From a virus, in IMG/VR virus record IMGVR_UViG_3300019142_000010, positions 1 to 64,000 of that record: a stretch of 64,000 nucleotides of DNA; one strand, given 5' to 3'. The notes under the pieces are model-generated. The model was not told the DNA's origin and made no database searches. It worked only from the letters and a program-made list of their open reading frames with translations. This document shows positions 9,705-20,176 of the stretch, piece by piece. Position numbers and translations under genes: made by a program. Position 1 is the stretch's first letter; every line of letters starts with the position of its first letter.

Positions 9705-10094
9705 ATGAGCGGCGGCGTCTACACAGATGTATTCACCGAGGCGGCAGAGATCGCGCGCCAGGAGCGGCACAAGAACCAAACGATGTCGCTCTGGGGCAAA
9801 GACCCGAATCCGCCGCGCGGCCACATCAAGTTGCTCGATGTGCAGACCTCCTGGTACGCGCTCTATTCCTCGCACGAACTGGCGACCGAAGCGACCGGGC
9901 AGACCTCGCGCCAGCGCACGCTGGACTTCTTCATCGCCGAGCGCGACGCGCTCACCGAAGAACTCGCCGCGGAAATCTCCAGCGTCGTCCTCGACGCTAA
10001 ACGCTACACGCTGGCCACCGACCCCCGCCACGAAATAGGCGACCCCTTCTACTGGCGCATCATCTGTGTCCCGACCTGTGAAGGAATCGCGTGA
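9705..10094 (+). CDS. Hypothetical head-tail joining protein
   Basis: 129 aa, tightly packed in the neck gene block. Confidence 0.45.
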   Translation: MSGGVYTDVFTEAAEIARQERHKNQTMSLWGKDPNPPRGHIKLLDVQTSWYALYSSHELATEATGQTSRQRTLDFFIAERDALTEELAAEISSVVLDAKRYTLATDPRHEIGDPFYWRIICVPTCEGIA

Positions 10095-10594
10095 TGGAAC
10101 TGGCACGGTGCGAATTCGTGGTCGAGTATCCGCCCGATTATCTCCGTCTCGAAGAGATGGTTCAGGGCGAACTCAAGACGGCCGCCAAGCATACCGGGGT
10201 GAAAACCTCAGACCGGGTGCGGCACAACATCGTGGAAGCGGGCGCGGTCGCCTCACATGCTCTTTTGAACTCCGTCGAGTGGGAAGTGACCGAAGACGCC
10301 TATGAACTCGTCGCGGAAATCTACTCGCTGGAAAAACAAGCCCTCTGGATCGAAGAGGGGCGCGCGCCAGGCCCGGTGCCGGTCGCGCCGATCATTGAAT
10401 GGATGCTCGATAAGGGCATCACGCCGCGCGAGGGCGAGACGCTTGAGCAAGCCGCTTTCGCCATCGCCCGCCACATCGCCAAAACCGGCTATGAAGGCCG
10501 CCACGTCTTCGCGGACGCCGGCGATGAAATGACCTCCATCGCCATTGAAGCGGTTGACCGAGCCGCACAGCGCATCGGCCGCCGCCTCGCCTGA
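10091..10594 (+). CDS. Hypothetical neck/tail-completion protein (weak HK97 gp10-like)
   Basis: 167 aa. The start overlaps the upstream stop (GTGATG). Support is positional. Confidence 0.45.
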   Translation: MMELARCEFVVEYPPDYLRLEEMVQGELKTAAKHTGVKTSDRVRHNIVEAGAVASHALLNSVEWEVTEDAYELVAEIYSLEKQALWIEEGRAPGPVPVAPIIEWMLDKGITPREGETLEQAAFAIARHIAKTGYEGRHVFADAGDEMTSIAIEAVDRAAQRIGRRLA

Positions 10595-10604
10595 CACCCT
10601 CACC

Positions 10605-11105
10605 ATGATCAGCCAGGACGATTTCTGCCAGCACCTCATCAACCTTGTTTCCGCCTCCGGCACGGCCGGGCTCGGCAACAACTACAACCGCCTGCTCGCG
10701 TCTCTGGTCAAGGGCGACTGGAACGCGGATTTGCGGGTGAAGGTGGCGAACCCGCACAAGGGGAAGCTGCACTCGTGGATGGCTTCGGTCTTGACGGAAG
10801 GGCAGAAGCGGCAGGGCGCGCGCATGAATCACTATTGGGGCGTGCGTCTGCGCGGCATCCTCTGGACGTGGGACAACGGCGACAACGACAACTCCGAAAA
10901 ATATCTCCGGGCGGAACTCAAGGCGATCAAAACCCACTTCGCCAACCGCAACGATCTCGACCTCGACCAGCAGGCGACCGGCTACCTGCGACACGACGAG
11001 ATTCAAGTTACCAATAACACCATCCAGCATGCCGGCAACGGCTCGGCGCACGTCGTCAATCTCTTCCTCGGCTGCTACCTCCACGAAATGCTCACCTCAC
11101 TCTAA
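10605..11105 (+). CDS. Hypothetical protein (tail terminator position)
   Basis: The ATG at 10605 follows TGAcaccctcacc. The listed ORF start at 10545 would overlap the previous gene. Confidence 0.45.
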   Translation: MISQDDFCQHLINLVSASGTAGLGNNYNRLLASLVKGDWNADLRVKVANPHKGKLHSWMASVLTEGQKRQGARMNHYWGVRLRGILWTWDNGDNDNSEKYLRAELKAIKTHFANRNDLDLDQQATGYLRHDEIQVTNNTIQHAGNGSAHVVNLFLGCYLHEMLTSL

Positions 11106-11146
11106 CTCTTCAACCCTCACCCTCAGACGAAAGGCTTCACCTCACC

Positions 11147-12265
11147 ATGCCTCAGACAGAATTCTTTTCACACAATCTCAATCTCGGCGCGAGCAAAGAC
11201 TATGAGGCGAGTTGCAACGGCATCCTGACGGCGGCCGCCTCGCACTTGCGCATTCTCATGGAAGGCAACGAGGCACAGTTGCCCGAACTGCTCACGCGCG
11301 AATCTTCCAACATGACCGGCTCAGGCAACGAGTTTGAGACCGGCGCGAACATCGTCTCGGATTACTTCGACGTGGTGCGCTTCCAGCGGGGCGAGTTTTT
11401 GAACCCGGAAGTCGGCGGCATGTTCTTTCATCAGGGACTTGCCGGTGGCATCGTCGATACGCCCGTCGCCGGTCAGGCCGGCGCGCACGATCACGAGTTC
11501 GGGATGCAACTGGACTCGGACGCCTCCGGGTTCAACATGCTCACGCGCTCGCTCATCGAGGACGTCGGCGGCGTCTCGTATGTCTACGGCGGCGTGGGCG
11601 TTGAAGAGTACGGGGTGAACTGGGACGGCGGCGAGTTTCCGAAGTTCGATACGAAGCTCGTCGGCACCGGCTATCACAAGCCGCTCTCGGATTACCCGGC
11701 GCTCACGCTGCCGACGCTCGAAGCGCAAATCCCGTTCAACTATCTCTCGTCGGTCGGCGCGAAACTCGAATGGACGGGCGCACCGTGGGGCGGCCTCTAC
11801 AACGCCGCGAACTCCGGTCGCTTCATGGCCTTCCAGTTCAATTTCAAGAACAACCCGCTCATCGGCGGCAAGGAGCGCCAGCCGAACGATCCCATCATCA
11901 CCGACGCTGACGGCTACGAAGGTGCGGTGCAGAACCGTCTGAGGCGCGGCGTCCGTGAGGCCACGGCGCGTGTCACGCTCCGGCTCGACAACCTCACGCG
12001 CGAGTTCAAAGCGCAGAAGTCGAAAGCCATCTGCACCAACCTCAAACTCGTTTTCCAGGGCGGGAAGATTGGGCTGACGACGGCGCGCTACGAATGGGAA
12101 TTGAAGATTCCGAAATTCCGCGTCATGAAAGTCACGCCCGGCGAGATGAACCGCGAGGAAGTGCTGCATCTCGATCTGAAAATCTACAAAGACACCACCA
12201 CGGGCGGACTCGTCAAGGGTCGCATCCGCAACAACGTCGCGGCCGGCATCATCGCCACCGTCTAA
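11147..12265 (+). CDS. Major tail protein (candidate)
   Basis: 372 aa, the largest gene between the neck genes and the tape measure. It is followed by a terminator-like hairpin, as the capsid gene is. Confidence 0.5.
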   Translation: MPQTEFFSHNLNLGASKDYEASCNGILTAAASHLRILMEGNEAQLPELLTRESSNMTGSGNEFETGANIVSDYFDVVRFQRGEFLNPEVGGMFFHQGLAGGIVDTPVAGQAGAHDHEFGMQLDSDASGFNMLTRSLIEDVGGVSYVYGGVGVEEYGVNWDGGEFPKFDTKLVGTGYHKPLSDYPALTLPTLEAQIPFNYLSSVGAKLEWTGAPWGGLYNAANSGRFMAFQFNFKNNPLIGGKERQPNDPIITDADGYEGAVQNRLRRGVREATARVTLRLDNLTREFKAQKSKAICTNLKLVFQGGKIGLTTARYEWELKIPKFRVMKVTPGEMNREEVLHLDLKIYKDTTTGGLVKGRIRNNVAAGIIATV

Positions 12266-12281
12266 CACTCGACCAGCGAGC

Positions 12282-12313
12282 GCGGGCGGCCTCTGACACA
12301 TCACGCCGCCCGC
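12282..12313 (+). terminator. Terminator-like hairpin after candidate major tail gene
   Basis: A 9-bp stem gcgggcggc / gccgcccgc with a 14-nt loop, followed by the pyrimidine-rich tccctccttc. There is no clean T-run. Confidence 0.35.
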
Positions 12314-12346
12314 TCCCTCCTTCAATCCTCACAGGTATTTCCGATT

Positions 12347-12607
12347 ATGGCGCAGCAGAAGAAAACCACCCCTATGACAGCCGAGCAGCGCGCGCAGATA
12401 GACCACGACGCGCAGATTAACGGCGAACTGTACCCGGAAACCACGCTCACCTCGGAAGGCATCACCGTGGCTGAAGCGCAGCGCCGGGCACGCCAGGCGA
12501 ACGACGACTGGCACAACCAACGAATGGCCGCGGCGAAGGCCGCCGCCGAAGCTGCCGCGAAACCGGCAGACAACGGCGCGGGGACGCCCGCCGTCGAGAA
12601 CAAATAA
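12347..12607 (+). CDS. Hypothetical protein
   Basis: 86 aa, helical with an Ala-rich tail. Confidence 0.45.
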   Translation: MAQQKKTTPMTAEQRAQIDHDAQINGELYPETTLTSEGITVAEAQRRARQANDDWHNQRMAAAKAAAEAAAKPADNGAGTPAVENK

Positions 12608-12643
12608 CCCTCACCAAATTTTCTGAAAGGTACACCTCCGACC

Positions 12644-13444
12644 ATGAATCACCTCACCAACAATCCCGGACAGCCCTATGTGCTGAACACCAGCGAATCC
12701 ATCATCCCCGTCAACATCGCCCCGGCCGGCGAGACGGCGCACTGGATCAAATGTCGTCTGCGTCGGCCGACGCGCGACGAACTCTTTACGCGCGAGCGTG
12801 AAAGCAAGATCGAGACGAAGCCGATTGCGGGCGGACAGAGCATCATCATCACCAACGACCGCGAAGCGAACATCAACCTCTTCCGCAAGATCGTGCTCGG
12901 CGTGTCCGGTCTCACTCAGGACGGGCGCGAGATACCCGTGGGCGACCAGTTGTTCGCGGCCATGGAAACGGGCTGGATGAACCGCGCCATTCAGGGCTAT
13001 TACTCCGGCTCCGCGAAAGTGCGCTGGAACCCGGCGATGGCCTACGTCGATTCCGACCAGCGCGGCTTCATCTTCGTCACGCACGAGTTCGGCACACAGG
13101 AGCTGCCCGACTACGTGGCCGATTGGAAGTTCAAGAAGCCGGATGAACTCGTGATGGCAGACTTCCGCCTCAACTCGCAGAAGATTGCGACGGGCGGCGG
13201 CGGTCGCCGGGCGAAGTCCACCCTCATCACCGATCTGGCCGTCGCGGAACGCACGTTCCGGGAAATCTTCTCCGGAGTGGAAGGCGCGGCGCTCGCCGTC
13301 GCGAATGAGGCGGGCGACGGTCTGACGTTCATCTCGTACTCGGAAGAGACGCGCGAGGAATACATCGAGAACATCGATCCGGTCATCAAGCGCGATGCCG
13401 TGCAGGTCGTGATGGATTACCTCGAAGGCCAACTCCAGGACTAA
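12644..13444 (+). CDS. Hypothetical tail protein (tail assembly chaperone position)
   Basis: 266 aa, the last clear gene before the tape measure. Confidence 0.45.
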   Translation: MNHLTNNPGQPYVLNTSESIIPVNIAPAGETAHWIKCRLRRPTRDELFTRERESKIETKPIAGGQSIIITNDREANINLFRKIVLGVSGLTQDGREIPVGDQLFAAMETGWMNRAIQGYYSGSAKVRWNPAMAYVDSDQRGFIFVTHEFGTQELPDYVADWKFKKPDELVMADFRLNSQKIATGGGGRRAKSTLITDLAVAERTFREIFSGVEGAALAVANEAGDGLTFISYSEETREEYIENIDPVIKRDAVQVVMDYLEGQLQD

Positions 13445-13994
13445 CCGAAGCTGTCTCTCAGTTCTACTTCGAGCAGCTTGATTCTCTCGACCGTTCGGGT
13501 GGGAAGCGATGCCCCGGCGAAACGCTCTGCGCGACGCCGCCGGGTAAGCGAAACGAGCCGGATTACAACCCGGACGCAGGCCCGCTCGCCGCCGCCCTCG
13601 CGCGGCGAATGACCCGAACGGTTGAAAGCATCTGCGGCGATTGTTCGATGTTGGGCACTAAACCCGAACGGCAATCGCCGCACTTGGCGCCGGCGCTGGC
13701 GCTCGCCGCGCGCCTCGACAGGTTGCGACAAGGGGGAGCCAGCTTTCCTTACCCACAATCCAACGACAGCCCGTTCTATTGGGCGTGCCTCGAAGCATCC
13801 GCCGACGGGCGCGCTCGCGCTGACGAAGCCAGTCAGAAACGGGCGGACGAGAAGCGAGAGCGCGACGAGCAGCGCCGGCTCGACGAGTGGAAGAACCGGG
13901 GCGGCGGGCGATAGCGTGATGGTGAATACCTCATGCAGCCCGCCACACCTCATGCAGCAGCCGCCCGCCACCAGCAGACAGCCCACTCCAACCG

Positions 13995-16900
13995 ATGAGC
14001 AGCAAACCAGCCTCAATCACGATGGTCTTCAACACTTCCGACGTGAAGCGCGGGAGTGGGGAAGTATCCGGGCAGTTCAAGCACATCACCACGGAAGCGC
14101 GCCGCACCGGGCGCGAGGTGACGAAGGCTCTGAACGTCCCGACGACCGAACTCGTGCGCAATCTGCGCTCGGTGGAAACGGCGCTCAAACGGATCAATGA
14201 GATTTCCAGAAAAGGGAATCTGGCCGAGATCACAAAGGCGGCCGCGGCGGCGTCGCGCGCGGAGTTGCGCGAGGCGCAGCGCACCGCCCGCGAGAAAGAA
14301 AAGTTCCAGCAGGAGGAGCTGCGGCGCGCGAAGAAGTTTGCCGACGAGCAGGCGCGCGAAGCTCTGCGTCTCGAACGCGAGAAACAGAAGCTACAAGCGG
14401 ACACGGCACGAGAAGCCGACCGCCACGCACAGCACCGGTTGGAGACAGCGCAGAGGATAGCCAGAGAGGAAAGGAGAATTGCAGGGGAGACGGTGCGCGA
14501 GCAGACGCGCCAGATGCGGGAACAGTGGGCGATTCAAGACCGCGCGCGGCGTGAGGCTGAACGCGCGCAGCGCGCCCGCGACTCTCGCCCGGCCATGGGG
14601 AAAGTCATCGGCGGCGGCATGCAGCAGACGGGCGGCGGCATGCTGGCCGCCGGTACGTCTTTGACGGCGACGCTGACCGCGCCGCTCGCCCTCTTCGCCA
14701 AATACTCGCTCGATGTCGGCACGCAGTACGACGCGGCGATGAACATGTTTCGCGTCTCGACCAGCGCGACGGCCGACGAGATGCAGCGCGCCGCCGACAA
14801 AGCCCTCGAACTCGGCGCGGATATGACCTTGCCGGCGACGAGCGCGGCCAACGCTGCCGAGGCGATGGTCGAACTCGGCAAAGCAGGGTTTACCAGCGCG
14901 CAGGCCATTGACGCTGCCCGAGGCGTCTTGCAGCTCGCGGCCGCGGCCAACATCAGCGAGGCTCAGGCGGCCGAAATCGCCGCCAACGCCATTAACAGTT
15001 TCGGGCTGGCCGCCAGCGAGTCCACGCGGATCGCTGACCTCCTGGCCGCCAGCGCCAACGCATCGAGCGCCGAGATTACGGACGTCGCGGCCGCCATGCA
15101 GCAGTCGAGCGCCGTCTTCGCCTCGGCCAAAGTTCCGATTGAAGACTTAACCACCTTAATCGGCATCATGGCGAATAACGGCATCAAGGGAAGTGATGCC
15201 GGCACCAGTCTCAAGACCATGCTCATGCGGATGCAGGCACCGACGAAAGATGCCGCCGCCGCGATGAAGGGGCTTGGCGTTGATGTGTTCGACGCACAGG
15301 GCAAGCTCATCCCGTTCCGCGAGATCGTCAACCAGTTCTCCGGCTCGCTCTCGAAACTCAACGACGAGCAGAAGGCGCAGGCTTTACAAACCATCTTCGG
15401 CGCTGACGCCATGCGCGCCGCGACCATCATCTTCGGGAAGGGCACCGAAACCTACGACAAGATGAAGGATGCGGTGACGAAGCAGGGCGCGGCGGCCGAC
15501 GTCGCGGCGGCTCGCACGAAAGGCCTCGGCGGCGCTATCGAAGGTTTGAAATCACAGTTCGAGACCTTCGCGCTGCTCGTCTATAACAACTTCAAAGGGC
15601 CTCTCGAAACCGCCGTCCGCGCCGTGGCCGACTGGCTCGGCACGTTCGGCGACAAGTTCAACGCGTTCGCACAGGCGCATCCGGAGATCGTCAAACTAGC
15701 GGGCGTCTTCCTGGCGCTCGCCGCGGCGGTCGGGCCGGTGCTCGTCATCCTGGGCGGCGTCGTCCTCGCGGTCGGCTCCATCGTCGCCGCCGGCTCTGCC
15801 ATCGCCGGAGCGGTTGCGGCCATCGGCGGCATCGGTCCGGTGCTCGTGATCGTGGGCGCGGCGCTGGCCGGCGTCGCCGTCTTTATCGCGCAGGCGGCCG
15901 TCGCCGCCTATGGCCTCTACACCGCCTGGACAACCAACTTCGCGGGCGTGCGTGATTTCACGGTGCAAATCTTCTCCATGCTGCGCGGCGTGGTGACGAA
16001 CGCTCTTAACTCCATCCGCTCGGCGTGGTCGGCCAACGGCGCAAACATCATCGCGACGGCGCGCGCAACGTGGACGGGCGTGATCGAGGCGGTGCGCCCG
16101 GCCGTGGCCGCCATCGTCACGTTCGCGCGGGAGAACTTTGAAACGCTCGTCTCGTGGGTGCGCGAAAACTGGCCGCTCATCAAGCAGACCGTCGCGGCCG
16201 TCCTCGGCGCGATTGTCGTCAACGTGCGCTCGGCGCTCGGTGAAGTGCTGGCCTTCTGGCAGGCGCACGGCTCGCAGATCAAAGCCGTCGTCTCGGCCGT
16301 CTGGACGATCCTCAAGACCGTCATCCAGACCGGCATGCGCGTCGTCCTCGACGTGATCCGGATGGCGCTGCAAATCATCAACGGGGACTGGCTGGGGGCG
16401 TGGACGACGATGCAGGGCCTCGTGGCGCGCGTCGTGATGGCCATCGGGACGATCCTCAAATCGTTGCTGACGATTCTCTGGAACGTCCTCAAGGGACTCG
16501 TCACATCGATCCTTCACTTCGGCGGGGAATTTCTCGCCGCCGGCGTGCGCATCGGTAAAGCGATTGTTGACGGCATCATCAACGGCATCAAGGCGGGCGC
16601 GAGCGCGGTCGGCGCGGCCGCCAAGTGGCTCGCCAACAAAGCCACCTTCGGAGCCACCGACGCGCTGGAAGTCCGTTCACCGTCGCGCGTGTTTTGGCGT
16701 ATCGGTCGGCACGTCGCCATGGGCTTTGCTTTGGGCATCGCGTCCCTCCAGGGCGAGGCGGACGCGGCGATCAAGCGTTTAGTTATCCCTAAAGATATCC
16801 AGACCGTGCAGGGCAAGGGAGCGGCCAAGATCAACGCCGCACGCCGCGCCGAAGACAAAAAGAATCGCCCCGGATACGACCTCTTGGAAAAGGTCTATCA

Positions 16901-19409
16901 GGACATCGATTCGCTCGCCCCGGCCGGACAGAAAACGCGCGAACTCGAAGTCCGCGCGGAACTGGCCGGTGAGAAGTACCGCGATCTGGCGGGCAACATC
17001 CGCGAAGCTCTAATTGAAGCGGCGCGTTACTACGACCAGCGCAAAGCCAACCTCGCGACCGGCGACGAACTCAACAACCAACTCGACGCGTCGGCCAAGA
17101 AACTGCTCGAATTCAAGTACGCGGCCAAAGAGGGCGCGAGCGAGGTCGAGAAGTTCGATCTGTGGCTCGCGCAGACGCGCGCCGAATCGCCGCTCGCGGC
17201 CGCCGCGCTCGACCGTGCCGCCGAGAAGATTAAAGCCGTGCGTGATGCGTGGGCGTCGGTGGACGCCGCTGAGACGGCGCGCAAGCAAGCGGAAGCGGCG
17301 GCGGAAGTCTCAAAGGCCGTCTCTCAGATGGCCGACGATTCCAGCGTGGCTCTGCGCGACTACGGCACGGTCGCCGATACCAACCTCGAAAAGATCATCG
17401 AGAAGCTGTCCCGGCTGAAAGGCGTCGGCGTCTCGCTCTCACAATTCAACCCGGTTAAAGACCTCGCCGCCTCAATTCGTGAACTGCCCGAGGCCGAACG
17501 CCTGACGAAGATCGCGGAAGCCCTCGAACGCATCTACGGCGCGGCCGGCGCGCGCCCGCCTGGCATGAGTGATGCCGACTGGCAGAAGTTCATCGCCGGC
17601 GGCGCGCAGGGCATTGACAACTCGGCGCGTCTCGACGCCGCGGAGAAACAGAAGCGGGCGATTGACGACTATCAAAAATTGATGGAGGGGTTGAATGAGA
17701 AGTTAATCGACAACAACCAACTGACGGAAGAGGCGCGCATCAAGCAGGAGCTTTTGCGCGGTGCCTACAAAGACCTCACGGAAGAGCAGCGCCGCCACCT
17801 CGTAGAGCGCGCGCGGGAAGTTGACCAGCGGCAAAAAGAGATCGAAGCGGCCGAGCGGCAGCGCGAGAAACTTGAAGAACTGGCCAACTCCGTGACCGGC
17901 ATCTTCGACCGCGCGCTCGATGATCTGTTCGAGCATGGGTTCAAAGGTTTCTTCACGTCCGTCTTGCAGGGCTTCAAGGATTTGTTCAAACAGATCGTTA
18001 AAGATTTCCTGATGTCGGGCATCCGTTCGGTGATCAATTCACTGTTCGGTCTGGACAAGACGACGACCGGGCAGAGCTCGGCAGCGTCGAGCGGCGGCGG
18101 CTCCTTCATCGGTACGCTTCTCGGCGGCCTGTTCGGCGGCGGCAACAATAACAATTCAACCGGCACGGGCGGCGGCTCCGTCATCGGCGCGATTATCAAG
18201 AATCTCGGCTTCGGCGGCCGGAGCGCGAGCGCACCGCTGAATCTCTCGACGACGACGGGCGCAAGCATCGCCTCGTTCTTCGGTCCCTCGCTGGCGGCCG
18301 GTCTGACCGGCAACACCGCCATGGCCGCATTGACCGGCGGCACCCTCACGCAGCAAATCTCGAATCAGGTCTTTTCCGACACGGCGAAGAACACCGCGAA
18401 ATCAGGGCTCGGCGGTCTGCTGGCGAATGCGGGATCGTTGTTCCGCGGCATCGGCTTCGGAGCGAAACCGGGCACGGGCGGGGCGCTGGCGGCCATGCTG
18501 CCCTTGCTCGGCGCGGGGCTGGGCGGCGGTCTGGTCGGTTCAATCGCCGGGCCGCAGGCGGGCGGCATGGCGAAGCTCCTGGGGATGGTGGGCGGCGGTC
18601 TGGTCGGCATCGGTCTGACCGCCACGCCTGCCATCTTCGCGGCGGGCGGTTCGCTGGCCTCGATGGGCGGCGTGGCCGGCGCGCTGTTCAGCAACCCCAT
18701 CACGGCGATAGCGGGCGCGGCCGCGCTCGTCGGCGGCCTCCTCTTCGGCCGCCAGCGGCAACGCCGCGCTGACGAGCAACGGCGCAACGCCGGACTGGCC
18801 GATTCCTTCGGCGCGCTGGAAAAGATCAAGCGCCTGGTCGAAACCGACCAGCTCGACCGCGCCGGCGCCGTTGCTCAGATCGCGCAGGTCAAAGAGGGTT
18901 ACATGCAGATGGCGCAGTCGCTCAAAGACTCGAAGGCCAGGCGTCATGCCATCCTCAATGCCTCGCTCCTTCAACCTTACGAGGATCGCATCATGGTCGC
19001 GCTCGCCTTGCAGGAGGGGAGAGCGAAGACGCTCTCGAACCGTCGCCCCGAGTTCGCCCGAGGCGGCGTCATTCCGGGCGCGCTCGGCCAGCCCGTCCCC
19101 ATCATCGGCCACGGCGGGGAAATCTTCATCAATCCGGGTCAGATGGCCGGTGTGGGCGCGGCCGTGCTGTCGATGGCGGGCGTGCCGGGTGTGGGCGCTC
19201 TGCCGTTCGCCGGTCTGCCGAGCGTGGCGGCGGTGCGTCCCGATCCGCGTGACGGCGGGCGCGGCCGTAGTGACGACGATTTTGTGATCGAAGAGATGCG
19301 TTTCAGCTTTGACGCCGAGGGCATGTGGCTGAAAGGGGCGCGCACGCGCTCAGGCCGTCGCGTCATCGTCGAGACCATCCGCGAAGATGACTACGAAAGC
19401 GGTAGATAA
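13995..19409 (+). CDS. Tail tape measure protein
   Basis: 1804 aa. It has an N-terminal charged coiled coil, a TP901-type core (GADMTLPATSAANAAEAMVELGKAGF..AINSFGL..SSAEITDVAAAM), a multi-TM Ala/Gly/Val-rich segment and Gly-rich tracts. Confidence 0.92.
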   Translation: MSSKPASITMVFNTSDVKRGSGEVSGQFKHITTEARRTGREVTKALNVPTTELVRNLRSVETALKRINEISRKGNLAEITKAAAAASRAELREAQRTAREKEKFQQEELRRAKKFADEQAREALRLEREKQKLQADTAREADRHAQHRLETAQRIAREERRIAGETVREQTRQMREQWAIQDRARREAERAQRARDSRPAMGKVIGGGMQQTGGGMLAAGTSLTATLTAPLALFAKYSLDVGTQYDAAMNMFRVSTSATADEMQRAADKALELGADMTLPATSAANAAEAMVELGKAGFTSAQAIDAARGVLQLAAAANISEAQAAEIAANAINSFGLAASESTRIADLLAASANASSAEITDVAAAMQQSSAVFASAKVPIEDLTTLIGIMANNGIKGSDAGTSLKTMLMRMQAPTKDAAAAMKGLGVDVFDAQGKLIPFREIVNQFSGSLSKLNDEQKAQALQTIFGADAMRAATIIFGKGTETYDKMKDAVTKQGAAADVAAARTKGLGGAIEGLKSQFETFALLVYNNFKGPLETAVRAVADWLGTFGDKFNAFAQAHPEIVKLAGVFLALAAAVGPVLVILGGVVLAVGSIVAAGSAIAGAVAAIGGIGPVLVIVGAALAGVAVFIAQAAVAAYGLYTAWTTNFAGVRDFTVQIFSMLRGVVTNALNSIRSAWSANGANIIATARATWTGVIEAVRPAVAAIVTFARENFETLVSWVRENWPLIKQTVAAVLGAIVVNVRSALGEVLAFWQAHGSQIKAVVSAVWTILKTVIQTGMRVVLDVIRMALQIINGDWLGAWTTMQGLVARVVMAIGTILKSLLTILWNVLKGLVTSILHFGGEFLAAGVRIGKAIVDGIINGIKAGASAVGAAAKWLANKATFGATDALEVRSPSRVFWRIGRHVAMGFALGIASLQGEADAAIKRLVIPKDIQTVQGKGAAKINAARRAEDKKNRPGYDLLEKVYQDIDSLAPAGQKTRELEVRAELAGEKYRDLAGNIREALIEAARYYDQRKANLATGDELNNQLDASAKKLLEFKYAAKEGASEVEKFDLWLAQTRAESPLAAAALDRAAEKIKAVRDAWASVDAAETARKQAEAAAEVSKAVSQMADDSSVALRDYGTVADTNLEKIIEKLSRLKGVGVSLSQFNPVKDLAASIRELPEAERLTKIAEALERIYGAAGARPPGMSDADWQKFIAGGAQGIDNSARLDAAEKQKRAIDDYQKLMEGLNEKLIDNNQLTEEARIKQELLRGAYKDLTEEQRRHLVERAREVDQRQKEIEAAERQREKLEELANSVTGIFDRALDDLFEHGFKGFFTSVLQGFKDLFKQIVKDFLMSGIRSVINSLFGLDKTTTGQSSAASSGGGSFIGTLLGGLFGGGNNNNSTGTGGGSVIGAIIKNLGFGGRSASAPLNLSTTTGASIASFFGPSLAAGLTGNTAMAALTGGTLTQQISNQVFSDTAKNTAKSGLGGLLANAGSLFRGIGFGAKPGTGGALAAMLPLLGAGLGGGLVGSIAGPQAGGMAKLLGMVGGGLVGIGLTATPAIFAAGGSLASMGGVAGALFSNPITAIAGAAALVGGLLFGRQRQRRADEQRRNAGLADSFGALEKIKRLVETDQLDRAGAVAQIAQVKEGYMQMAQSLKDSKARRHAILNASLLQPYEDRIMVALALQEGRAKTLSNRRPEFARGGVIPGALGQPVPIIGHGGEIFINPGQMAGVGAAVLSMAGVPGVGALPFAGLPSVAAVRPDPRDGGRGRSDDDFVIEEMRFSFDAEGMWLKGARTRSGRRVIVETIREDDYESGR

Positions 19410-19411
19410 TC

Positions 19412-20176
19412 ATGGCTCTCAAACTACCCGCAGGACTCAAGACTTTAATTCAGAGCGGCAACTACGATGCGCACGCCGGGCTGGACGTGTCGCTCGACGG
19501 CGGGACGCTGCGCATGGCGACCGCCGAATTGCTGTTGCCGGGCAACATCGCTTATGCGCCGACACTGCGCATGCGCGGCTCGGTCAAACAGTCGCTTCGT
19601 AAAGTGACGGACAACGTGGAACTGACCGGGCAGAACATCGACAACGTGCTTGGCCAGAGCATGCTTGACGCGGCCGACGTGCTGAACGCGGCCGAGGCCA
19701 CGTTCCTCTATTTCTTTTTCGGTCACGACGGCTCGTTCTATCAGGTCAAGCGGTTAATCGGTGAACTGACGGCCGCGCGCATCAACGAAACGCAAGTGCG
19801 GTTGAAGCTCCTGAGCGACCTCTCCGCCGGCGGCTCGGTGGCGGGCAATCGGACGGTCGGGATCAACTGCGGCCTGCGCTTCAAAAAGCGCGGTTGTGAC
19901 AGCACCTCGCCCGACGGCTTTTGCAGCAAGGTTCGTGATGACGCCGTGCATGGCTGCGCCTCGAAGCAGCCGGCCGCGCGCATCGTCCAGATCGGGGCGG
20001 CTAACAACATCGCTTCCTTCGGCGGCATGGACACGCGCGAGGGATTGACGTTCGGCTCGTCGGTCAACAACCGCATCGGCGGCAGCTTCGACGGCCTCGA
20101 CCCGGATGACCCGGCGCGTTACCAGGGACTCATCCACGGCCGTCATCAACTGCCTTATCTCATGCGCGCCGCCTGA
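19412..20176 (+). CDS. Distal/minor tail protein (lambda gpL / DUF2163-BR0599-like)
   Basis: 254 aa directly after the tape measure. The C-terminal Cys cluster CGLRFKKRGCDSTSPDGFC..HGC..FGGMD resembles the BR0599/gpL motif (from memory). Confidence 0.5.
   Translation: MALKLPAGLKTLIQSGNYDAHAGLDVSLDGGTLRMATAELLLPGNIAYAPTLRMRGSVKQSLRKVTDNVELTGQNIDNVLGQSMLDAADVLNAAEATFLYFFFGHDGSFYQVKRLIGELTAARINETQVRLKLLSDLSAGGSVAGNRTVGINCGLRFKKRGCDSTSPDGFCSKVRDDAVHGCASKQPAARIVQIGAANNIASFGGMDTREGLTFGSSVNNRIGGSFDGLDPDDPARYQGLIHGRHQLPYLMRAA

Noticed and set aside
13622-14200. A 192-aa + ORF overlapping the tape-measure start, and the 191-aa ORF 13441-14016(-) in the pre-TMP gap.
   Set aside because: Both are Arg/Ser/Pro-rich with no start context, and the first overlaps the well-supported TMP N-terminus. 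They were treated as non-coding frames.
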